NCBI GenBank assembly: GCA_947501605.1
Contig: CANMWZ010000010.1
Span: 1-64,000 of the forward strand
From: Planctomycetota bacterium
Lineage (GTDB): Bacteria; Planctomycetota; UBA1135; UBA2386
Reading direction: 5' to 3'
Length of the DNA: 64,000 nucleotides
In this document: piece by piece, positions 57,240-64,000 of the stretch
Numbering within the stretch: the stretch's first letter is position 1
How the letters are laid out: each line of letters begins with the position of its first letter
Notes under the pieces: generated by a model
Database searches by the model: none
Told to the model about the DNA's origin: nothing
Seen by the model: only the letters and a program-made list of their open reading frames with translations
Translations under genes and position numbers: made by a program

Positions 57240-58310
57240 ATGACCGCCAACGGCGAGCTTTCCAACGTCCGTCGGATTTTTGTGCGGGCGCCAAACTGGG
57301 TCGGGGATTTCGTCATGGCGACGGCCGCGTTCGCCCGCATCCGGCGGGCGTTTCCTGCGGCTCACATTGCCCTCGGCGGGCGACCCTTCTTGCAGCCGCT
57401 GATCGCTGGCAGCGATTGGTGCGATGAGTTCCTGCCGACCCCTAGAGCCGGCGGCCTGCGCGGGTTGCTCGCCCAGATTCGGGCTGTGCGGCAGGGCCGC
57501 TTCGACCTCGCGGTGGTGTTGCCGAACTCCCTGGAGACGGGGCTGGTACCGTTCCTCGCCGGTGTGCCGCTGCGCCTTGGCTACCGCCAGGGGCGGCCGC
57601 TGCTGATGAACCGCGGCCTCACCGTGCCGGCGCAGCGCCAGCTGTGGCAGAAACGCGTCGGTCCAAGGCGCAAGCCGGTACCGATGCCGCGCTACTACAA
57701 AGAACTGCTCGACGTGCTGCAGTTGCCGGGCGCCGATATGCACCCGCAACTGTGTGTGACCCAGGAGGAGTCGGCCTGGGTCGATGCCGACCTCGAGGCT
57801 CGCGGGATCGGCCCACACGAACGCATCGTCTTGATCGTGGTCGGAGCCAACTTCGGCGCCAGCAAACTGTGGTTGCCGGAGCGCTTCGCCGAGGTCGCCC
57901 GCCACTTCCGAGCGCTTGGCTACCGCCCGCTCGTGACCGTGGGGCCGAGCGAGGTTGACCTCGGCAAGCGAATCGCCGAGGCCGGCGGCGTGCAGGCCCT
58001 GGTCGATCCCGTTCTGCCGCTCGACAAGCTCAAGGCTCTGGTTCAGCGTTGTGTGCTGATGGTGACCGGGGACACCGGCCCTCGGCACCTCGCCGTGGCG
58101 TTCGATCGACCCGTCGTGTGCTTGATGGGGCCGACCGACCGCAGCTACACGGATTACTGCACGGAACGCACCGAGTTGATCCAGAAGGACCTCCCATGTG
58201 TGCCGTGTCAGCGCAAAGTGTGCCCACTGGGGCACCATCAGTGCATGCGCGATATCGCGGTCGCGGACGTGGTGGCTGCAAGCGAGCGGTTGCTCACCCG
58301 CTGGACGTAG
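57240..58310 (+). CDS. waaF: GT9 lipopolysaccharide heptosyltransferase II-like
   Basis: VRAPNWVGDFVMA, FDLAVVLPNS, GANFGASKLW, TGDTGPRHLAVA, CVPC...CPLGHHQCM. Confidence 0.85.
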   Translation: MTANGELSNVRRIFVRAPNWVGDFVMATAAFARIRRAFPAAHIALGGRPFLQPLIAGSDWCDEFLPTPRAGGLRGLLAQIRAVRQGRFDLAVVLPNSLETGLVPFLAGVPLRLGYRQGRPLLMNRGLTVPAQRQLWQKRVGPRRKPVPMPRYYKELLDVLQLPGADMHPQLCVTQEESAWVDADLEARGIGPHERIVLIVVGANFGASKLWLPERFAEVARHFRALGYRPLVTVGPSEVDLGKRIAEAGGVQALVDPVLPLDKLKALVQRCVLMVTGDTGPRHLAVAFDRPVVCLMGPTDRSYTDYCTERTELIQKDLPCVPCQRKVCPLGHHQCMRDIAVADVVAASERLLTRWT

Positions 58311-58322
58311 GGCCGGCGGGCG

Positions 58323-59552
58323 TTACTGCGTGAAGGCCGCGGCGCAGAAGCTGACGACCTGACTACCGTCCTCAGCAAGAGCTTGGCCGTAGTGGAGCAG
58401 CGACGCCTGGCCTTCCGCCAGCAGCGCACACAGGGTGATCGCGGGCGCCGAGCACACCCGGTCGTCGTTGCCCGGCCCTTCGATGGCCTGATGAAACGCT
58501 CCGGCATCGCCGCGCGTCAGGTGGACTAGGCGCCCCCGGTCATCGTGCTCCAGGCGCGCGCAGCGGGCGCGGTCCACCGGTTCGACATCGTCGAATAGCG
58601 GGCCCAAGTGGGCGAGGTCGGCACCGGCGATCCACAGGACCCGACCGCCGCGCTGCGCGGCCGCAGCTCGGAACGATGCGACCAGCCGGTGCAGCCAGGG
58701 CTCGCGGGTCGGGTCACCATCCCCAGAGGGCAGGGCGCCGCAGAGAAACGCGGCGACGGTCGGCGGCGGCAGGCGCAGCTGTTCATGAACGAACTGCAGC
58801 CACAGCACCTGGAACTCCAGCGAGTGTTCGCCGCGGTGCATCAGCACGTCCTCGGTCCGGGGGGCGTGAACTTCTTGGTGCACGGCGGCCACAAAGGCGC
58901 GGTCCGTTCTGCAGGTTCCAAGCGGCGTGCTCCAGTCGAGCGCAAGGCCCGCGACGGGGCCAGCTGGGCCTTGGTGACCGGTCCCGAAGAGAACGTAGAG
59001 ATCGGCTGGTCCGCTAGCGAGTAGGTGACCGTAGGCGGCGCCGTAGCCGAGCTGGCCACGAAGGAGATCGATGTGCGGCGCGATCAGCCCCGTGGTGACA
59101 CTCGTCAGTGCGGGGCGGGTCCGGCACAGAGACAGCGTCCGTTCGAGTTCGCGGCGCAGACCAGCAGCGTCGGCGGGATAGCCAGCCGACCCGGCATGCG
59201 CCGCCTCGCGAACGCCGGTCGCAAGCCACTGCGCCAAAACCTGGTCGCGGGCACGTTCGTAGCGCTCAGAGTGAAGCAGGAGTCGCTCGTCAAGGTGTGC
59301 GACGAGACCGGCGACGTCCGCCGGTCGGATGGCAAGGCGGAGCTCGCGGCTCGCTGCCGTTGCGATCGCGGCCACCGACTGCATGCCATCGAGACGTATT
59401 AAGACCGGCAAGAACTCGCGCGGTACGAAGCTCGGCTCGGCAATCCCCAGCGGATCATGGAAGGCGATGCCATCGACGTTCTGGTGCACGACGCGTTCGC
59501 TCGGCAGGGCGCGTAGCGGCGGCGGGCAGTACGAAGGATCGGCCTTGGACAT
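58323..59552 (-). CDS. MEMO1-family protein (AmmeMemoRadiSam system protein B-like)
   Basis: REAAHAGSAGYP, GLIAPHID, GTGH, TPLG, EHSLEFQ, GADLAHLGP, VCSAPAI. Confidence 0.85.
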   Translation of the reverse strand: MSKADPSYCPPPLRALPSERVVHQNVDGIAFHDPLGIAEPSFVPREFLPVLIRLDGMQSVAAIATAASRELRLAIRPADVAGLVAHLDERLLLHSERYERARDQVLAQWLATGVREAAHAGSAGYPADAAGLRRELERTLSLCRTRPALTSVTTGLIAPHIDLLRGQLGYGAAYGHLLASGPADLYVLFGTGHQGPAGPVAGLALDWSTPLGTCRTDRAFVAAVHQEVHAPRTEDVLMHRGEHSLEFQVLWLQFVHEQLRLPPPTVAAFLCGALPSGDGDPTREPWLHRLVASFRAAAAQRGGRVLWIAGADLAHLGPLFDDVEPVDRARCARLEHDDRGRLVHLTRGDAGAFHQAIEGPGNDDRVCSAPAITLCALLAEGQASLLHYGQALAEDGSQVVSFCAAAFTQ

Positions 59553-59641
59553 GGGCGGGGTAGGATAGCTGGCCGGGGGGTCGCTGCGGCGACGCCCACA
59601 GGCTAACCAAGACTGCTGGGGCGAGACCCCGCGTCCGATCC

Positions 59642-61651
59642 ATGTCGCAAGAAACCTTCCTGCTGCTCGTTGCCCGCGATGGCCAGACGGAGACGCATGC
59701 ATTCCGTCAGGATGCGGTCACTATCGGCCGTTCGCATGAGTGCGACTTGGCCCTCCCGGATCGGCTGATCTCCCGAATGCACTGTCGCGTCGAGCGGGTG
59801 GACGAGGGCTTTGCGCTGGTCGACCTCGGGGCCCAGAACCCTGCCCGGCTGCGCAATCGGCCAGTGGTCCGCGCCGAGTTGCGCCCAGGGGATTCGTTCA
59901 CGATGGGCAGCTACGAGATCACGCTCTCGGTGCCAGCCGAGGAGCATGCCTCGATCGAGGACACCCGTCTGCACGGCGACGCGCGCAGCGCCCACGACCT
60001 TTCGACGTTCCTCTCGATCGCCAAGTCACTGAACGAAGAGCACCAACTGACGCGACTGCTCACGCAGATCGTCGATGCGGCGATCGAACTGGGCTCGGCC
60101 GAGCGGGGCTTCTTGATCCTGGCCAGCGGCGAGGACCACTCGGTCGAAGTTGCGCGGAACTTCGCGCAAGAAGAGGTGCTGTCGCCAGAACACAAGGTGT
60201 CGCGCACGATCGCGCGTCGAGTGCTCGAGTCCGGCGTCCCGGAGTTGACGACCAACGCGCAGCAGGATGATCGCTTCCGCGATCTGCAGTCGGTATCCGA
60301 TCTGCGGCTGCGCTCGGTGCTGTGCATGCCGATCCGCATCCAGGGCAAGGTCGGCGGCGTGCTCTACATCGACAACCGGCTACAGCAACAGGCCTTTGGG
60401 GAGCGCGAGAAGCAGTTGCTGACGTCGCTGTCGGACTATGCGGGCGTTGCGATCCAGAACGCGCGTACGCGCGAGGAAATCGAGCGCAAGACGCTCGACT
60501 TGCAGCAGGCGCTCGACCGGGTCGATCAGCTGAACGCGGCCTTGAAGGGCCAGCTGCAACAGAAGACGGCGGAGCTGAGTGAGATTCGTGAGGAACTCTC
60601 GTCGCAGAGCCACGGGCCGCGAACGAAGTACGACTACAAGCACATAGTCGGCACGGGGCGCGCGATGCGTGTCGTGTTCAACCTGCTCGACAAGTACATC
60701 GAGACCGATGATCCGGTGATGGTCGCTGGCGAATCCGGCACTGGCAAAGAGCTGGTCGCCCGCGCCATCCATTCACAGAGCCATCGGGCGCAGAAGCCGT
60801 TCATCAGCGAGAACTGCGCGGCGCTGCCCGAGTCCTTGCTCGAGAGCGAGTTGTTCGGTTACGTCAAAGGTGCCTTCACTGGGGCTACCGGCAACAAGAA
60901 GGGCCTGCTCGAACTCGCCGACGGTGGCGTGCTGTTCCTCGACGAGGTCGGAGATATGCCGCTCGACCTGCAGAAGAAGTTGCTGCGCGTGCTGCAAGAA
61001 GGCGAAGTGCGCCCGATTGGCGGCAGCGAGACCAAGAAGGTCGACGTGCGGTTGATCACGGCCACCAACCGGAATCTCGATGAGATGGTGAAGGAAGGCG
61101 ACTTCCGCGAGGACTTGTTCTATCGGATCTCGGTCCTGCCGATCACGCTGCCGCCACTGCGCGAGCGCCGCGAGGACATCCCGTTCCTCATCAAGCGGTT
61201 CCTCACCGACGTCATGCACCCGCAGCACGGACGTGTGCGACTGTCCGCCGAAGCGCTGCAGAAGCTGGTCGAGTTTCATTGGCCCGGCAACGTGCGCGAG
61301 CTGCAGAACGAGTTGCGGCGTGCGTCCGTTCTTTGCGATGGTCTGATTCTCGAGTCCCACCTGTCGCCGCAAGTTCGCTCCGGTGGCGGACCGCCCGTTG
61401 CTGACTTTGCCGATCACGGGCTCGTACCTGCCGAACGCGGCACGTCATTGCCCGACATGGTCACCGACCTCGAGGTGCGTGAGATCAAGAAGGCCTGGGC
61501 CAAAGCCCTCGGCAACAAGAGTCGCGCGGCGGACATGCTTGGCCTGTCGCGCTTCACGTTGCAGCGCAAGCTGGAGAAGTACGGCATGGATGCGGGCGGC
61601 GGCGAGGGCAGCAGTCGAGACGAAGCGGGCGAGGACCGCGCCCCGTCATGA
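59642..61651 (+). CDS. Sigma54-dependent activator: FHA-GAF-AAA+-Fis HTH
   Basis: FHA IGRS...[16 protein letters not shown]...[62 protein letters not shown]. Confidence 0.95.
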   Translation: MSQETFLLLVARDGQTETHAFRQDAVTIGRSHECDLALPDRLISRMHCRVERVDEGFALVDLGAQNPARLRNRPVVRAELRPGDSFTMGSYEITLSVPAEEHASIEDTRLHGDARSAHDLSTFLSIAKSLNEEHQLTRLLTQIVDAAIELGSAERGFLILASGEDHSVEVARNFAQEEVLSPEHKVSRTIARRVLESGVPELTTNAQQDDRFRDLQSVSDLRLRSVLCMPIRIQGKVGGVLYIDNRLQQQAFGEREKQLLTSLSDYAGVAIQNARTREEIERKTLDLQQALDRVDQLNAALKGQLQQKTAELSEIREELSSQSHGPRTKYDYKHIVGTGRAMRVVFNLLDKYIETDDPVMVAGESGTGKELVARAIHSQSHRAQKPFISENCAALPESLLESELFGYVKGAFTGATGNKKGLLELADGGVLFLDEVGDMPLDLQKKLLRVLQEGEVRPIGGSETKKVDVRLITATNRNLDEMVKEGDFREDLFYRISVLPITLPPLRERREDIPFLIKRFLTDVMHPQHGRVRLSAEALQKLVEFHWPGNVRELQNELRRASVLCDGLILESHLSPQVRSGGGPPVADFADHGLVPAERGTSLPDMVTDLEVREIKKAWAKALGNKSRAADMLGLSRFTLQRKLEKYGMDAGGGEGSSRDEAGEDRAPS

Positions 61652-64000
61652 CCTTCGCGCAGCCCTTCCGCGAGTATGAGATCCTCGATCGCGTCGGCGC
61701 CGGGGCCATGGGGACCGTGTTCAAGGCACGGCACGGCAAGCTCGGGCGCATCGTCGCCCTCAAGGTGCTTCGTCCGTCGCTCGCGCGCGACAAGCGTTAC
61801 GTCGATCGACTGCGGCGCGAGGCGCGCATCGTCGCGGCGCTGAACCACCCCAACATCGTCACGGGCTACGACCTTGGTGAGGAAGGCGGCTACCACTACT
61901 TCGTCATGGAGTTTGTCGAAGGCCGTTCGCTCCGGTCGTTGCTGACGGAGTGGGGCATTTTCCCGGAGGACCAGGTTCTCAACGTCGCCATCCAGGTCGC
62001 GGCCGCGCTCGACCATGCCTTCCAGCGTGGTGTGATCCATCGCGACATCAAGCCAGGCAACATCCTCATCGACGAAGCGGGCGCGGTCAAAGTCACGGAC
62101 ATGGGGCTGGCCAAGGGCCCTGCCGACCTGGCGCTCACGCGCGATGGTTCGACGGTTGGAACGCCCCAGTACATTTCCCCGGAGCAGGCTCGCAACCCGC
62201 AGGATGCGGATGTGCGCAGCGACCTCTACTCGCTCGGCGCAACCCTGTACCACATGGCCACGGGCCAGCCGCCGTTCCAGGGAACGTCCTTGGCCGAGGT
62301 CATCACCCAGGTTTTGAACGACTCGCCGGTTGCACCGCGGGTCATCAACCGCGACCTCAGCGAGGGCATGGCGCTGGTCATTCGCAAGCTCCTGGCCAAG
62401 AGCCCGAAGCTTCGTTACCAGACACCACGTGAGTTGCTCGACGACCTCGATCGCGTCAAGAAGGAGCTGCCGCCGCAGGTCGACGAGAGTCGACTGTCGA
62501 CTGAAGACACCGACCGGCAACCAGCGTTGTTGCGCTGGTCTCTCGCGATCGTCGGTGCCGGCGCGTTGATTGCCTTCGGCTACTGGCTCGGTCTTGGGCG
62601 CGGCGACCTACCGACGACTCCTGGAACGCCCGATGCGTTTGTCGCCGCGTTGCGCGTCGAACTCGACGCGATGGACACACCTGGACAACAGTGGCTTCGC
62701 TACCTCGCACGGACGAAGGATGCGCCTTTTGGCGGCAGCGAGGCGCGGTTGCGGCTGCAGCGAGAGCTCGTTGCCGACCTGCAGACGGCAGTTGACACGC
62801 TGATTGCCGAGCTGCGTTCGTCCGGCTTCGCGCGCATCGCTGCCGATGTGCGCGACCCACAGCGCTGGCCCGAAGCCGCGGTCGTTGTCCGCGACCATGT
62901 CGGAACGTTGCTGCAATCCCGAGTCGGTCTGCTCCAGGACCAGCTACCGAATGGCGTCGTCGCGACCGAACTGGACCGCCTTCTGAACGACATCGACCAA
63001 CTGGTACGCCAGCGCGATCGCGCGCTTGTCGACCGCGCGCGCCTGCACCTCGAAGTCGAGCTTCCCTTGCGCGCGGAGGAGCGCGTGCGACAGCGGGACT
63101 TCAGCGGGGCGGAGCGCCTGTGGCGCGAAGGCTTCGTCGGCTTCTTCGATGGACTGCGGCAGCCGTTGCCGGAGCGGCTGGCGACGCCGCAGCGGCAAGC
63201 TCTCGAAGACAAGTTCGAACGGCTGCGCACTGTGGGCTTGGCGCAGCTCGATGCCGCGGAGCAGCTGACGCTCGCGGCCTTGCGCTTCGAGGCCGCCGAA
63301 GGTGCGAGAACCTTGCGCGCAGGGCTGGCTGCCGCAGCCGATCTCGACGGCGAGTTGCGGCGCGTACTGCTCTTGGCTTCGCGATTTCGCGAGCAGCTTG
63401 CCGCGGCGTATCCGCAGCCGGGTCGATTTCGGGCAGCCACCGATCCTTGGCAAGAGATCGCTGCCGCCGCGACCGCGTTGGAGCGCGAGGTGGACGAGCG
63501 GTTGACGGCGGCGATTCGTCGTCACGAGAACCAGCTTGCGGATCTGGCGTGGCGCGCATTCGTCGACGGCGATGCCGCGGCTGGCCTCTCGGTGTTGCCT
63601 CCACCTTCGAGCCCTGGTGCGGACCAGGTGGACTGGACCGAGGCACATCGAACGGCGTTGCGCGCCGCCGACGCGGTCGCGCGCGCCTGCGTCGAGGCGC
63701 TGCAAAAGGCCGCACCGCCGATCCCGGGCTACCCGCGTAACGGCGGCGTCCCGGTGGAACTGCGCGCCGGAGCGGATGGGCGACTCGATGCCCGCGCGGT
63801 GGGCGGCACTTGGCGACAGGTGCAGTTGCAGGAGTTCCGGTTTGGCGACTTGTTGCAGCGCGCCATGGCGGCGAGTCCGGAGCGTATGCAAGCGATCCCT
63901 GCTGACGATTTGCGCATCGGACGGACGGTGCTAGCGATGGCCTGCGATCAGCTCGATGTCCTCGCGGCGGACCTGCCGGCCGGGGATCGGACCTTCCTTC
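61648..64000 (+). CDS. Membrane Ser/Thr protein kinase (Hanks type), truncated by window end
   Basis: Absent from the ORF track because it has no stop. Hand translation from ATG 61648 gives VGAGAMGTVFKA, VALKVL, HPNIV, HRDIKPGN, VTDMGLAK, GTPQYISPEQA, SDLYSLG, then a TM segment near 62530-62600. Confidence 0.93.
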   Translation, partial: MTFAQPFREYEILDRVGAGAMGTVFKARHGKLGRIVALKVLRPSLARDKRYVDRLRREARIVAALNHPNIVTGYDLGEEGGYHYFVMEFVEGRSLRSLLTEWGIFPEDQVLNVAIQVAAALDHAFQRGVIHRDIKPGNILIDEAGAVKVTDMGLAKGPADLALTRDGSTVGTPQYISPEQARNPQDADVRSDLYSLGATLYHMATGQPPFQGTSLAEVITQVLNDSPVAPRVINRDLSEGMALVIRKLLAKSPKLRYQTPRELLDDLDRVKKELPPQVDESRLSTEDTDRQPALLRWSLAIVGAGALIAFGYWLGLGRGDLPTTPGTPDAFVAALRVELDAMDTPGQQWLRYLARTKDAPFGGSEARLRLQRELVADLQTAVDTLIAELRSSGFARIAADVRDPQRWPEAAVVVRDHVGTLLQSRVGLLQDQLPNGVVATELDRLLNDIDQLVRQRDRALVDRARLHLEVELPLRAEERVRQRDFSGAERLWREGFVGFFDGLRQPLPERLATPQRQALEDKFERLRTVGLAQLDAAEQLTLAALRFEAAEGARTLRAGLAAAADLDGELRRVLLLASRFREQLAAAYPQPGRFRAATDPWQEIAAAATALEREVDERLTAAIRRHENQLADLAWRAFVDGDAAAGLSVLPPPSSPGADQVDWTEAHRTALRAADAVARACVEALQKAAPPIPGYPRNGGVPVELRAGADGRLDARAVGGTWRQVQLQEFRFGDLLQRAMAASPERMQAIPADDLRIGRTVLAMACDQLDVLAADLPAGDRTFL

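Overview
GC-rich bacterial chromosomal segment. The gene repertoire (DUF3857/transglutaminase-TPR giants, NIDO-like secreted paralogs, FHA-GAF sigma54 activator plus Ser/Thr kinase) suggests a Planctomycetota-like organism, but this is inference only. The left end (277-~2950) carries a two-gene mobile element encoding a tyrosine recombinase and an IS91-family HUH/Y2 transposase. It is bounded by GTTGAAC...GTTCAAC inverted ends and followed by an attC-like hairpin, so it is built like an integron cassette that encodes its own mobilisation enzymes. A truncated identical integrase fragment sits at 1-136, and tRNA-Asn lies just to the right. The rest is mostly core or envelope/signalling DNA: MacAB-type exporter, usp plus Lon-like protease, two paralogous secreted NIDO-like proteins, beta-carbonic-anhydrase-like protein, 2-oxoacid:ferredoxin oxidoreductase alpha/beta, sahR-ahcY-methyltransferase, dGTPase, tRNA-Glu, PDZ/thioredoxin-fold protein, glycosyltransferases, rluD-like/truD/mtnP, an EF-hand + two DUF3857-transglutaminase + acpH operon, two-component systems, an ABC-2 exporter, a Tex/NUDIX/Sm-like operon converging on a candidate structured ncRNA, a GT9 heptosyltransferase, a MEMO1 protein, and a sigma54 activator coupled to a Ser/Thr kinase that runs off the right edge. 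Several proteins look like pseudo-enzymes with lost catalytic residues. No CRISPR array or rRNA was seen. All protein calls come from manual motif recognition, not database searches.
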